Made by a program: the position numbers and the translations under genes. From assembly GCA_050253335.1 (NCBI GenBank), contig JBFWJG010000001.1, positions 32,001 to 96,000 of the forward strand: 64,000 nt of DNA, in the 5' to 3' direction. The notes under the pieces are model-generated. The model had not been told where the DNA came from and did no database searches. It was given only the letters and a program-made list of their open reading frames with translations. Position 1 is the first letter of the stretch; the number at the start of each line of letters is the position of its first letter. Of the stretch, positions 20,275 to 31,414 are shown one piece after another. Source of the stretch: Deferribacterales bacterium. GTDB taxonomy: Bacteria; Chrysiogenota; Deferribacteres; Deferribacterales; Geovibrionaceae.

Positions 20275-21924
20275 ATGAAGATGCTGGACATGCTCGCATC
20301 CAACCTTGCGGGGCTGGATTTTCCCATGTTTGCATATCTCCCGCGTACGGGGAAAATGTACCGCCTTGACGGGGGGAAAACATCGCCCATGCCTGTTCCC
20401 GAAACGATCAGGCCGGGGCTTGAGGATGAAACCAAGTCTGTTATATATTTCAGGAAGGGAGAGGAGATTATTGTCTTCTTCTTTTTCCGGATTGAGGCGG
20501 AAGGGAGTGAAATAATCCTCGTTATTCAGGACGGCAAAGGGGGGCAGCGTCCGGCAAGGGTGCTCTCTGTTTTTGCCTCTAAGGCGCTCACGGAGAAGCC
20601 GGTTCCCGCACCGGAGCCTGTTTTCAGGAATTACTCCGCGGATGATTCGCTCCGCCGCGAGCTTGAGCGGATGGTGGGCAGGGTCACCGAGCTTGAGATA
20701 AGCCTCACCGAGAAAGACGCCAGACTTATGGAGCTTCAGCGCAGGCTGTTTGTTCAGAACGAGCTTCTGGACAAGATGGAGAGCGCGGAAAGCAAGGATG
20801 AAGGGCGCCTTGAAGAGATAATGGAGCTGAAAGAGCAGATTGTGGCCAAAAATGAGGAGATAGCAAGCCTCGAAGCGGAGATTCAGTCGCTCCAGATTGA
20901 GGCCGAATCCCTGAACGGCAAGCTCAGCAGCTATGACGATGTTCTTTCGGATAATGATGTCAAGATACACGAGCTTGAGGCCGAGCTCGAAAATCAGGGC
21001 GAAGAACTGGCAAAAGCAGAAGATCTCAACGGCATTCTTAAAACCAGCCGAAACAAGATAAGAAAGCTCATGGACGGACTGCCCATGCCGCTTTTCTCTG
21101 TGGATAAACACTATATTGTCAAAAACGTCAACCGTGCCGCCGGAGATTTTGCCGGAAACGGACCCCTCAACGAAATTGTCGGTCAGGAGTGCTACAAAGC
21201 TTTCTACGGATTTGACGCGCCCTGTTCGTGGTGCCACCTTTCGGATGCTCTGGAAGGGAAGGAAACCACGGAGCATATAGATGTGTATAAAAAGGACAAG
21301 CTTCTCAAGATAGAGCAGCAGATGTACCCTGTGCACAATAACGAAGGCGAAGTGGACGAGGCGGGCGAGCATCTCTTTGACATGACGGAGCAATATGAGC
21401 TGATAAACTCCCTTGAAACATACAGAGGGCAGATTAAGAAGTATAAAATGTCAAAGCTCAATGATATTAACGAGATAGAAGAACTTAAAAAAGAATATAC
21501 CACCCTGAACGAAAGCTATGAGGAACTTCAGGCTAAGTTTCAGAAAATGCGCGTGACTCTGGAAAGGCTTCTCTCCGAAGATAAGATGAATGAGCTTCTG
21601 CGTACCAGAAACGAAAACGCCGAGCTGAGAAACAAGCTCACCCGTGCCGCCAGCGCACTCAGAAACTATCAGGTTAACCTTGACGACAGCAAAACCAGAT
21701 ACACCGAGCTGAATAAAAAGACGGTTTACCAGCTTGAGAGGCTGATAAACGTGCTCAATAACAAGGCAACCCTCAAACAGCCCGATATGGAACAGAGTCT
21801 CGCTTTCATCAACAGCGAGATTGCCCGCCTTAAACGTGATTATGATAAACTTTGTGGTGGAAAAACAGCCAAAACAAGTGTAAATGTTAGTGACGCCCCG
21901 GAAGGCGCGCCGGAAGCGGATTGA
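20275..21924 (+). CDS. Long coiled-coil protein with central Cys-motif PAS domain
   Basis: E/K/L-rich heptads flank a PAS (DGLPMPLFSVD...VNRAA...CY...CSWCH...FDMTE). Confidence 0.75.
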   Translation: MKMLDMLASNLAGLDFPMFAYLPRTGKMYRLDGGKTSPMPVPETIRPGLEDETKSVIYFRKGEEIIVFFFFRIEAEGSEIILVIQDGKGGQRPARVLSVFASKALTEKPVPAPEPVFRNYSADDSLRRELERMVGRVTELEISLTEKDARLMELQRRLFVQNELLDKMESAESKDEGRLEEIMELKEQIVAKNEEIASLEAEIQSLQIEAESLNGKLSSYDDVLSDNDVKIHELEAELENQGEELAKAEDLNGILKTSRNKIRKLMDGLPMPLFSVDKHYIVKNVNRAAGDFAGNGPLNEIVGQECYKAFYGFDAPCSWCHLSDALEGKETTEHIDVYKKDKLLKIEQQMYPVHNNEGEVDEAGEHLFDMTEQYELINSLETYRGQIKKYKMSKLNDINEIEELKKEYTTLNESYEELQAKFQKMRVTLERLLSEDKMNELLRTRNENAELRNKLTRAASALRNYQVNLDDSKTRYTELNKKTVYQLERLINVLNNKATLKQPDMEQSLAFINSEIARLKRDYDKLCGGKTAKTSVNVSDAPEGAPEAD

Positions 21925-22047
21925 CAGTGTTTTTTCCAGAACGCTGTCTCGTTTTCGGGACGGGCAGAGTTTTATCCGTACAGGCGCACAGGGACGGTAT
22001 GCTGACTCCGTTTAAGCGGAGTTTTTCAGTTTAATGTAAAAAATTAA

Positions 22048-23064
<1,017 letters not shown>

Positions 23065-23085
23065 TCCGGCAGCGGACAGAACGAA

Positions 23086-24255
23086 ATGGCTAAGAGCATA
23101 AAGGATCTTGAATTAAAAGGAAGAAGGCTGTTCATGAGGGTGGATTTCAACATCCCCCTCAAAGACGGCGTGGTTCAGGACGATACGCGCATACGCGAGG
23201 CTTTGGAATCCATCAGGTACGCCAAGGACGCGGGGGCGAGGGTTATTCTCGCCTCCCATCTGGGCAGACCCAAAGGCGAGAGAAATCCGGCGTATTCCCT
23301 TGAACCTGTTGCGGAATATATCAGCAAGAACTACTTCCATGTGGATTTCATAGACGACTGCATCGGCGAAAAAGTGCAGCAGACGGTCGGCAGGATGCGC
23401 GACGGCGAGGTTCTGCTTCTGGAAAACCTGCGCTTTTATAAAGGCGAGGAGAAAAACCTCCCCGAGTTCACTGCTGAACTTGCGAAGCTTGCGGATGCTT
23501 ATGTGAACGATGCCTTCGGCACATGCCACAGAAAGCACGCCTCCGTTTACGGACTTCCCGAACTTGTTCAGGACAAGGCGGCCGGCTTCTTGGTTGAAAG
23601 AGAGATAAAATATTTCGAAAAGCTGCTGAAAAACGCCGACAGGCCATTCGCGGCTATCCTCGGCGGAGCTAAGGTTTCGGATAAGATAGGCGTTATCGAA
23701 TCCCTGATCGAGCTTGCGGACAGAATCTTCATCGGCGGCGCCATGGCTTACACTTTCCTTAAATTCAAGGGAATTAAGACGGGCATTTCCCTTGTCGAGT
23801 CGGATCAGGATGAAACTGTGGACAAAATCCTCAGAAAAGCGGCCGAGAAGGGAGTGCAGATATATCTTCCCGTTGATCATGTTGTTGCGCCTGAATTTAA
23901 CTCATTATCAGGTATAATCACTGAGGGTGCGGACATAGCTGACGGAATGATGGGACTTGATATAGGCTCTAAAACTACTCAGTTGTACATCAAGGCGCTT
24001 GAGGAGTGCAGAACAGTGCTCTGGAACGGACCTATGGGCGTATTTGAGAAGGAGCAGTTCTCCAAGGGAACATTCTCGCTGGCGAGGGCTCTGGGCGACA
24101 GTGACGCTGTGGTTGTTGTAGGCGGGGGTGACTCTGTTTCCGCTGCCTGTCAGGCGGGCGTTGCGGACAAGCTGGCGCATATCTCCACCGGCGGCGGCGC
24201 TTCTCTGGAATATATAGAGTTCGGCAGACTGCCCGGAATCGAAATTTTAGGATAA
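23086..24255 (+). CDS. pgk: Phosphoglycerate kinase
   Basis: [35 protein letters not shown]. Confidence 0.98.
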   Translation: MAKSIKDLELKGRRLFMRVDFNIPLKDGVVQDDTRIREALESIRYAKDAGARVILASHLGRPKGERNPAYSLEPVAEYISKNYFHVDFIDDCIGEKVQQTVGRMRDGEVLLLENLRFYKGEEKNLPEFTAELAKLADAYVNDAFGTCHRKHASVYGLPELVQDKAAGFLVEREIKYFEKLLKNADRPFAAILGGAKVSDKIGVIESLIELADRIFIGGAMAYTFLKFKGIKTGISLVESDQDETVDKILRKAAEKGVQIYLPVDHVVAPEFNSLSGIITEGADIADGMMGLDIGSKTTQLYIKALEECRTVLWNGPMGVFEKEQFSKGTFSLARALGDSDAVVVVGGGDSVSAACQAGVADKLAHISTGGGASLEYIEFGRLPGIEILG

Positions 24256-24308
24256 AAAAATAAAGTCTCTGCTTCATTTGTGAAGCAGGTCAAAGTTTTT
24301 AAGGTTTT

Positions 24309-24346
24309 TTGGGGAAGCTTTTTTTAAAAGTTTCCCCAATTTTTTT
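24309..24346 (+). terminator. Intrinsic terminator downstream of pgk
   Basis: TTGGGGAAGCTTTT..AAAAGTTTCCCCAA stem followed by T-run. Confidence 0.6.
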
Positions 24347-24390
24347 GGCTTAATTTCTGATAGTTCGGAAGCGGTACGTCCTGTTATGAT

Positions 24391-24600
24391 AAATCCCCCT
24401 CTTATCCCCCTTTTATAAAGGGGGAGGTTATTTCAGATAAACGAAAAACACCCTCCTTTTGCAAAAGGAGGGCAAGGGAGGATTTCTGCCGATAGGTATG
24501 TCTTTTTAATTGCTGAAATGTCTTTCTGAGCGTCAGCGAAGAATCATCGGACGACTGCCTGCATATGAGATCCTTCACCCCTTTAGGGTTCAGGATGACT
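24391..24600. repeat. REP-like palindromic extragenic repeats (two families)
   Basis: AAATCCCCCTCTTATCCCCCTTTTATAAAGGGGG...CCCTCCTTTTGCAAAAGGAGGG..GGAGGATTT and TGTCTTTCTGAGCGTCAGCGAAGAATC...GAGATCCTTCA..CAGGATGAC; relatives recur at ~63707-63793. Confidence 0.7.
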
Positions 24601-24612
24601 CATTGAGCAGCC

Positions 24613-24897
24613 TTACTTTCCGCCGCTGACCTTGGTTGATTTCTGATAGTTCGGAAGCGGTACGTCCTGTCCGTTTCTTTACACGCTCACGCCTTGCAGA
24701 GCAAGGCTTCGCTTCGCACGGCGCATTCCCATCCATGGGAGTGTTTACTTTCCGCCGCTGACCTTGCTTAATTTCTGATAGTTCAGAAACGGTACGTCCT
24801 GTCCGTTTCTTCACACGCTCGCGCCTTGCAGAGCAAGGCTTCGCTCCGCACGGCGCACTCCCATCCATGGGAGTGTTTATTTCCCGCCGCTGACCTT
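24613..24897. repeat. 132-bp tandem repeat (two full copies plus start of a third); partial copy at 24348-24384
   Basis: TTA(C/T)TT(T/C)CCGCCGCTGACCTT starts at 24613, 24745 and 24877; units nearly identical with internal palindromes. Confidence 0.9.
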
Positions 24898-25308
24898 ATC
24901 AAGGGCCATGTCGTTGATTTTCTTTTCGTCCCCTTTTCTGATTGAGGTGAACTGGATTCCGCAGAGCTTATGTGTGCGCCATGCAACACGCCCGCGTATT
25001 ATGTCGCTGGCGAAAATATCTGCCGTAAGCGGCATGTTGGGGCATTTGAGGCAGGCAAGTTTTTTAAGGGAGTGCTTGTTCCCTATTTCAACTTCCTCGC
25101 CTTCAAGCAGGTTGCTGTTGTGGAAAATACAGAGACCGCCCGCGCTGTAGTCGTGCACACGGGCAATAAAGCATGTGGAGGGTTCTTTCAGCCCTGTTTT
25201 CTTGTCTGTTTTCAAAACCGCAACGCAGAGTCTGAAGCCGCCGGGCGCACGCCTGAAGTTTCTCTTGCGCTCCCCTTTTCCGATTAAACCTTTTAATTTA
25301 TCCAGCAT
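24877..25308 (-). CDS. PilZ domain protein (c-di-GMP receptor)
   Basis: ERKRNFRR (RxxxR), DYSAGG (D/NxSxxG), GRVAW, GIQF. Confidence 0.75.
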   Translation of the reverse strand: MLDKLKGLIGKGERKRNFRRAPGGFRLCVAVLKTDKKTGLKEPSTCFIARVHDYSAGGLCIFHNSNLLEGEEVEIGNKHSLKKLACLKCPNMPLTADIFASDIIRGRVAWRTHKLCGIQFTSIRKGDEKKINDMALDKVSGGK

Positions 25309-25382
25309 TGTGTATGAACCTATAAATATTTATACAATTCTACATGAAATTGTTATAAAATTACAAGACTTCGGAGAAAAAA

Positions 25383-25778
25383 ATGACAGATGTTGCGGCA
25401 GCGGTGATTTTTAAGGACAACAAAGTATTTCTGGCAAGAAGAAAACCTAACCAGAGGCTGGGCGGGTTCTGGGAATTTCCCGGAGGAAAGATTGAACAGG
25501 GCGAATCCGGCGCGGAGGCTATCATCCGCGAGATAAAAGAGGAGCTCGGAATCAATGTTCAGGTTGGCGGGCTCATAGGCCAGTGCATCCACCATTATGA
25601 CACATGGTCTATCCGTCTTATTGTGTATGAGTGCGACTGGGTTTCAGGGCGTCTTGTGCCGAGGGTGCATGACGATACTGCGTGGGTGGATGCTGACGAA
25701 CTGGCTTCCTACAGCCTCGCTCCGGCGGATGTGCATTTTGTCGAGCCTGTGCGCGCGATAATGCTCAGCAGAGCCTAA
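25383..25778 (+). CDS. MutT/NudG-like Nudix pyrophosphohydrolase
   Basis: WEFPGGKIEQGE...REIKEELG Nudix box, LAPAD. Confidence 0.9.
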   Translation: MTDVAAAVIFKDNKVFLARRKPNQRLGGFWEFPGGKIEQGESGAEAIIREIKEELGINVQVGGLIGQCIHHYDTWSIRLIVYECDWVSGRLVPRVHDDTAWVDADELASYSLAPADVHFVEPVRAIMLSRA

Positions 25779-26506
25779 GCCTTGTCCAGAAGCATCTGCA
25801 CAGCGAACTGTTTCGCTATTCTTCCGCTTCTTCCGCCCCTGTCCATGGCGTAGTTTTCAGCCAGCCTCTGCCAGTCCTCAATATTAAGTCCGAATTTTTT
25901 CAGATAATGCTCCGCTATGTGCAGGTAAGCCTCCCTGCGCATGGGGTAGAAGCCTATGTTTATGGCGAAGCGTGATTTGAGTGAGGTTCTCTCATTCTCT
26001 TCGTCACGGTCGTAGATGTCGTTTGTGTCTGCCGCTTTGTCCGGAACCATGTGGCGCATGTTTGAGGTGGCGACTATCATGCAGTTTGACGGACGCTTCT
26101 CCAGCCCGCCCTCAAGAACGGACTTGAACCTTCTGAAAAGAGTGTCGTTTTTATCGAATGATATGTCATCAAAGAAAATCATGTAATAGTGTCTTGTGTC
26201 CCTTCGGATCGAGGAGTAAAGAGCGGGAAGCTCCGTGATGTCCTCCTGACGGAACTCAACGGCGCGCAAGCCTTTTTCGTGATATTCGGTAAGAAGCATT
26301 TTGATTATGGAAGACTTACCGGCGCCTCTTTCACCCCAGAGGAGCATATCAAGATGGGCTCCTCCGGAAACGAAAGAGCGGATGTTCCGCTCGGCCTTTT
26401 CAATCTGGCTTTCAAGATCCACAAGGTCGCCCCTGCGGACGGAGTCCGTCTCCTCTATGGTTTCAAGCGCTCCGCCCTTCCATCTGAAAGCGTATATCCC
26501 GTCCAT
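25775..26506 (-). CDS. DUF815 family AAA+ ATPase
   Basis: LLWGERGAGKSS, FFDDISF, LEGGLE, ATSN.RH, RSGRIA; start moved to ATG 26506 after the hemB stop. Confidence 0.85.
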   Translation of the reverse strand: MDGIYAFRWKGGALETIEETDSVRRGDLVDLESQIEKAERNIRSFVSGGAHLDMLLWGERGAGKSSIIKMLLTEYHEKGLRAVEFRQEDITELPALYSSIRRDTRHYYMIFFDDISFDKNDTLFRRFKSVLEGGLEKRPSNCMIVATSNMRHMVPDKAADTNDIYDRDEENERTSLKSRFAINIGFYPMRREAYLHIAEHYLKKFGLNIEDWQRLAENYAMDRGGRSGRIAKQFAVQMLLDKA

Positions 26507-26510
26507 ATGT

Positions 26511-27479
26511 TTAAAGCAGCCTTGCCGCATCCTTAGCGAAATAGGTGAGGATCAGCTTGGCTCCTGCTCTTTTCATGGAGAGCAGGGATTCGAACATCAC
26601 TCTTTCATAGTCCAGCCAGCCTCTCTGGGCGGCGGCGTGTATCATGGCGTATTCACCGCTTACGTTGTATGCGGCGATGGGTTTGTCAAAGTTGTCGGCA
26701 AGTTCGCGTATTATATCGAGGTAAGGCAGACCGGGCTTAACCATGAGGATGTCCGCGCCCTCCTCAACATCCGTCATAGCCTCGCGCAGAGCCTCACGCC
26801 TGTTTGCGGGGTCCATCTGGTAGGTTTTGCGGTCGCCGAATGCGGGGGTGCTTTCCGCGGCCTCACGGAAGGGGCCGTAAAACGCGGAGCTGTATTTGAC
26901 GGCGTAGCTCATTATGGGGATATTGTGGTAGCCGTTGCCGTCCAGAATGTCCCTGATGGTGATTATGCGTCCGTCCATCATGTCGCTGGGGGCAACCATA
27001 TCCGCGCCCGCCTCGGCGTGGCTGAGGGCTTCAAGGGCGAGATATTTCAGGGTTTCGTCATTATCCACATCGTTGTTTTTTATTATTCCGCAGTGGCCGT
27101 GGTCGGTGTATTCGCACATGCAGACATCTGTTATAACATACATTTCGGGCACTTCGTGCTTTATGGCTCTTATGGCGTTCTGTATAACGCCGTGCTTGTC
27201 ATAAGCCTGTGAGCCTTCAGCATCCTTGTGCTGGGGGATTCCGAAAAGGATTACAGAGGGAACGCCCAGTGCCTTGAGCTTCTGGCATTCCGTGACGATG
27301 TGCTCGATGCTCATCTGATAAACGCCGGGCATTGAGGAGATCTCCTTCTTGATGCCTTCGCCTTCTGCAACGAAAAGCGGATAGATCAGATCATCAACGG
27401 AGACCTGATTCTCTCTCACCATTCTTCTTATAGCGGGGTTGCTTCTGAGTCTTCTGCCTCTGTCTATGGGGAATGCCAT
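26511..27479 (-). CDS. hemB: Porphobilinogen synthase (Zn-type)
   Basis: [42 protein letters not shown]. Confidence 0.97.
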   Translation of the reverse strand: MAFPIDRGRRLRSNPAIRRMVRENQVSVDDLIYPLFVAEGEGIKKEISSMPGVYQMSIEHIVTECQKLKALGVPSVILFGIPQHKDAEGSQAYDKHGVIQNAIRAIKHEVPEMYVITDVCMCEYTDHGHCGIIKNNDVDNDETLKYLALEALSHAEAGADMVAPSDMMDGRIITIRDILDGNGYHNIPIMSYAVKYSSAFYGPFREAAESTPAFGDRKTYQMDPANRREALREAMTDVEEGADILMVKPGLPYLDIIRELADNFDKPIAAYNVSGEYAMIHAAAQRGWLDYERVMFESLLSMKRAGAKLILTYFAKDAARLL

Positions 27480-27480
27480 G

Positions 27481-28182
27481 TCAAACTCCTTTGTAAAGAT
27501 TAGATATAAGCTCCGTCATGCCCTCAATGGTCTGCACCTGCGGGTAAACGGATTCGTGCCCCCTCTCCCTGAGATACTGCCATGTGGTTTTCCCTATACT
27601 GACAAGGGTGACCTCGTGAAGGTTCTCTGCCTGCGCCAGAAGGCTTTCTGCGGCGCTTGGGGCGGTGAGGGTTATTATGTCTATGCCGTTTTCTTTTATA
27701 TATCTGTCAACGAAGCCTTTTTCGTATATAACCGGAGATGTTTTGTAGGTGCTTATCTTATCTACCTCGGCTCCCCGCTCTTCAAGGTATCCGCAGAGAT
27801 CCCCCGCGCGCTTCTCCGCACCGGGCGAGAGAACTTTCATCCCCTTAACCTCAATTTCGGAAAACATGCGGATAAGTCCCTCCGCGGAAAATTCATCCGG
27901 CACGCCGTCCGGAGTTATGCCATACTCCTGAAGCTTTTTAGCGGTCTTCGTGCCGACTGCCACTGTATAGCGGAACTTCACTCTGCCGAAATTCTGTGCG
28001 AAGGTTTCCACCGACACGGGGCTGGTGAATACCGCCACATCATAATCCTTATCAGGGATCGGTGCGCCCGTCGGAACTGTCTCAATCAGCGGGAGAGAAA
28101 AGACCTGAAAGCCATCCTTCTCAAGGAGCCCGACAAGCTCCGCCGACTGGCTTTTCTGTCTGGTTACAAGAACCTGCCTCAT
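27481..28182 (-). CDS. hemD: Uroporphyrinogen-III synthase
   Basis: True start overlaps the hemC stop (ATGA); VLVTR, FTSP, AVG.KT, SIG.TT. Confidence 0.88.
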   Translation of the reverse strand: MRQVLVTRQKSQSAELVGLLEKDGFQVFSLPLIETVPTGAPIPDKDYDVAVFTSPVSVETFAQNFGRVKFRYTVAVGTKTAKKLQEYGITPDGVPDEFSAEGLIRMFSEIEVKGMKVLSPGAEKRAGDLCGYLEERGAEVDKISTYKTSPVIYEKGFVDRYIKENGIDIITLTAPSAAESLLAQAENLHEVTLVSIGKTTWQYLRERGHESVYPQVQTIEGMTELISNLYKGV

Positions 28183-29099
28183 TTTGAGTATATTTCGTCC
28201 AGAATTTCTTTTCCGCCTGCGGCGAGTATGGATTCCGCGAGTTCGTAGCCAATTTCCGCCGCGTCTTTCACGCTGCCTTTGTTCTCGGCTTCGATGTATG
28301 TTTCGCCTATAAGGTCGGAAACAAGGCCTTTCATTATGATGCGGTCGCCTTCTATAACGGAATGCCCGGCTATGGGAGCCTGACATCCGCCCTCAAGCCT
28401 TCTGAGGAAGGTTCTTTCGCATCTTACCCTTGTTTCTGTTGGTTCGTGGCGGAGGAAGTCAAGGAGCTTCTTGCTCTCAGTGTCATCACTGCGGACTTCT
28501 ATTCCGAGAATCCCCTGACAAACGGCGGGGAGCATGTCCTCAACGGAGATCACGTCTGTAACCCTGTCGTGGTATTCAAGACGCACAAGCCCCGCACGGG
28601 CAAGGATTATCGCGTCATATTCCCCATCGTCGAGCTTTCTCAGGCGGGTGTTCACGTTTCCTCTGAGGTCTTTTATCTCAAGATCCGGACGGAGGCGGGC
28701 AAGCTGAACCTTCCTGCGGAGGCTGCTTGTGCCGACCACTGCGTTCTGAGGGAGATCGGCTATTGTTTTATATTTTACTGAGACGAAAGCGTCCTCCGGT
28801 GTTTCCCCTTCGGGGCTTGCGTAAAGCTCCAGCCCTTCGGGAAGGAGCATCGGGACATCCTTCATGCTGTGCACGGCTATGTCAGCCTGATTTTCAAGCA
28901 GAGCGGTCTCTATCTCTTTCACGAAGAGCCCCTTGCCGCCTATTTTGGCCAGAGGCACATCGAGTATTTTGTCACCCTGAGTTTTGATTACAAGGAGTTC
29001 GCATTCGACCTTGTGCTCCTTCTCAAGCAGAGCCTTGATGTGATTGGCCTGCCACAGAGCGAGCATGCTTCCCCTTGTTGCGATTCTTACTTTTTTCAT
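28179..29099 (-). CDS. hemC: Hydroxymethylbilane synthase
   Basis: ATRGSMLALWQA, GKGLFVKE, HSMKDVP, GTSSLRR, EGGCQAPI. Confidence 0.97.
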   Translation of the reverse strand: MKKVRIATRGSMLALWQANHIKALLEKEHKVECELLVIKTQGDKILDVPLAKIGGKGLFVKEIETALLENQADIAVHSMKDVPMLLPEGLELYASPEGETPEDAFVSVKYKTIADLPQNAVVGTSSLRRKVQLARLRPDLEIKDLRGNVNTRLRKLDDGEYDAIILARAGLVRLEYHDRVTDVISVEDMLPAVCQGILGIEVRSDDTESKKLLDFLRHEPTETRVRCERTFLRRLEGGCQAPIAGHSVIEGDRIIMKGLVSDLIGETYIEAENKGSVKDAAEIGYELAESILAAGGKEILDEIYSK

Positions 29100-29114
29100 T
29101 ATCTATCCCCTGAT

Positions 29115-30380
29115 TTAATCTTTTAAGTCGAAAATAATTTTTACTGCTTCATCAAGGCTGTAGCGCTCCTTGCCGGGAGCCAGATCCTTGAGGTTGTTAA
29201 GCGGAGTGTGCAGAACCTTGTTCATAAAAGCGCTGAGGAGGTATTCCAGCTTCCTGCGCTCGCCTGCGTCCGCTACCTTGAACTTGTCGCAGAAGCGGTC
29301 AAGCTCAAGCATGCGCTTTTCATCAAAACTTTCACGCAGGGCTTTTATCACAGGCACAATCTTCATGGATTCCACCCAGCGGTAAAAGTCCGCCACGCCT
29401 GTTTCGATGTATTCCATAGCCTTTACGGCCTCTTTCTGGCGGAGTTTTTTGTTTGATTCCACCACGGCTTTCAGGTCGTCTATGTCGTAAACATATGCGT
29501 TTTCGATGTCCGCCACGGCGGGGTCAATGTCTCTGGGTACTGCTATATCTATGAAGAACATGGGCTTATGCTTGCGTCTGATCATAACGGGCTTTATGTC
29601 TGCCGCTTCGATCATGTAGCCGCTTGCTCCGGTGGAGGAGAGCACTATATCCGCGTGGGCGAGTTCCTCACGGAACTGATCAAGGGGAACTGCTTTTCCG
29701 CCGACTTCCGCCGCGAGTTTTTCCGCCTTTTCGAATGTTCTATTTGTGACCGTTATCCCTCCGATGTCTGCACCCCGGAGGTGTTTACAGGCTATCTCGC
29801 ACATTTCGCCCGCGCCTACCACGAGTGCATGCTTATCTTCAAGACTGCCGAAGATTTTGGAGGCGAGCTCAACAGCGGCTGAACTCACGGAGACGGGATT
29901 ATCGCCTATGCCTGTATTGGTTCTGACCTTTTTGGTGGTTTTGATAACGAATTCTTCCAGCTTGCGGATGAATGTTTTCGCCGCGCCGAACTTTCGGGAG
30001 TTCTCGAAAGCGTCCTTCACCTGACCGAAGATCTGCGGTTCGCCCATAACCAGAGAATCAAGCCCGCCTGCCACACGGAAAATGTGACGCACGGATTCCT
30101 CTCCGCAGTGGATATAGGTGTATTTCTGGAGAATACTGCGGTCGATTTTGCATTGTTCAGCGATTATTTTGAGAACACTGTCCACGTTACAGAGAAAATC
30201 GTCAGTGACTATGTAATATTCCACCCTGTTGCAGGTGGAGATCACCATCGCCTCGTATATTCTGTCATTCTGGAGGATGTCGCCGTAAAGCTCCTCCAGC
30301 ACCGCTTCGGCTACTGCCAAAGTTTCCCGCACCTCGACAGGGGCGGTATTATGATTAAGTCCTACAACTGCCAACTGCAT
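29115..30380 (-). CDS. hemA: Glutamyl-tRNA reductase
   Basis: STCNRVE, GLDSLVMGEPQI, GAGEM, DIAVPRD. Confidence 0.97.
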   Translation of the reverse strand: MQLAVVGLNHNTAPVEVRETLAVAEAVLEELYGDILQNDRIYEAMVISTCNRVEYYIVTDDFLCNVDSVLKIIAEQCKIDRSILQKYTYIHCGEESVRHIFRVAGGLDSLVMGEPQIFGQVKDAFENSRKFGAAKTFIRKLEEFVIKTTKKVRTNTGIGDNPVSVSSAAVELASKIFGSLEDKHALVVGAGEMCEIACKHLRGADIGGITVTNRTFEKAEKLAAEVGGKAVPLDQFREELAHADIVLSSTGASGYMIEAADIKPVMIRRKHKPMFFIDIAVPRDIDPAVADIENAYVYDIDDLKAVVESNKKLRQKEAVKAMEYIETGVADFYRWVESMKIVPVIKALRESFDEKRMLELDRFCDKFKVADAGERRKLEYLLSAFMNKVLHTPLNNLKDLAPGKERYSLDEAVKIIFDLKD

Positions 30381-30386
30381 CTATAT

Positions 30387-31178
30387 TCAGCCCATGAGAA
30401 AAAACGCGACACCGGCGTATGTCACTACGACGGAAATAAAACCCGCCAGAGTGGAGTAAGCGGTGCTTCTAGGCGTCATGCCTCTGTATTTTTTTAGATA
30501 TGTTATCAGGCCGAATATCACCCATGTGACAACGGCAAATATCATCTTTGGAAGAATGATCCCGATCCGTTCAGGCTCGTAAATCATCCAGACGAAGCCT
30601 GAGATCAGGCCCACGCTGAAAAAGTAAAACCCTAGAAGGAGGTTTACCGCGGTCAGGCGGTCGATCTGATTCAGCGGCGGAAAGCGTTTGAAGATTATCC
30701 CGAAGTTTTTGCGCTTGAGCTCTCTCTCCTGCAAAAAGTACATAATGCTGGCGACTGTGGCGAACATGAAGAACGCTGTGCCGATCACGGTGAAGGGCAG
30801 GTGGATAAGAAGCCATATGCTGCTTATTCCCGCTGCGTCCTTAGGTGCGGCGGAAGGCAGGATGAGAACAAGAACGCTGAGTATTATCACTATCGGGAAT
30901 ATGAAAAGCCCCAGCAGAGGGCGCCTGTATTTCATGAACAGTATCAGGTAAATAAGAGTAAGCGTCAGAGAGACCATGGCAAACAGATCCCCGAGGGAAT
31001 ATGACGGGAAATGGCCGAAATGCTTCCAGTGTGTGGCTATGCTCCCCGCGAAAAGCAGGAATGCAAGCACCGCGAACAGGTTTGTAAGGTGCTGAAGATA
31101 CCTGTTCCCCAGAAAAAGATAAAGCGTGATATGTATAAAAGCGAGGATCGCCGCGCCCAGAGCAAAATCAAAGTGCAT
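30387..31178 (-). CDS. CcsA/HemX-family cytochrome c assembly membrane protein
   Basis: About 8 TM helices, WLLIH, YFLQER.LK.K..PPL..D; first gene of the hem operon. Confidence 0.75.
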   Translation of the reverse strand: MHFDFALGAAILAFIHITLYLFLGNRYLQHLTNLFAVLAFLLFAGSIATHWKHFGHFPSYSLGDLFAMVSLTLTLIYLILFMKYRRPLLGLFIFPIVIILSVLVLILPSAAPKDAAGISSIWLLIHLPFTVIGTAFFMFATVASIMYFLQERELKRKNFGIIFKRFPPLNQIDRLTAVNLLLGFYFFSVGLISGFVWMIYEPERIGIILPKMIFAVVTWVIFGLITYLKKYRGMTPRSTAYSTLAGFISVVVTYAGVAFFLMG

Positions 31179-31414
31179 TTTTTCTCCTGCTTAATCCGAT
31201 GATTCGTAAGTTACAAAAATTATCCTGTTTTGTGAAGCCCGAATATTATTATATAAAATTTTCCCGCTTGCGTAAGCTTTTATTTTGACAGCCCTGTTTT
31301 ATTAAGGTTCAGGGCTGAGGCGGCACTGCCTTGTGTGCTTTTTTTCCCGCTGTAAATGATGTAAATATTATTTCCCATTGAAAGAGGACCGCCCTTGTAG
31401 TATTTTCATCTGCT

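Noticed and set aside
24613..24897. CRISPR array
   Set aside because: Units are 132 bp and near-identical throughout, with no unique spacers and no cas genes in the window.
24590..24989. ORFs of 92 and 68 aa across the tandem repeat
   Set aside because: They are translations of the palindromic repeat with no RBS or protein-like features.
28183..28386. N-terminal extension of hemD in the ORF track
   Set aside because: It overlaps hemC out of frame; the real start is the ATGA-coupled ATG at 28182.
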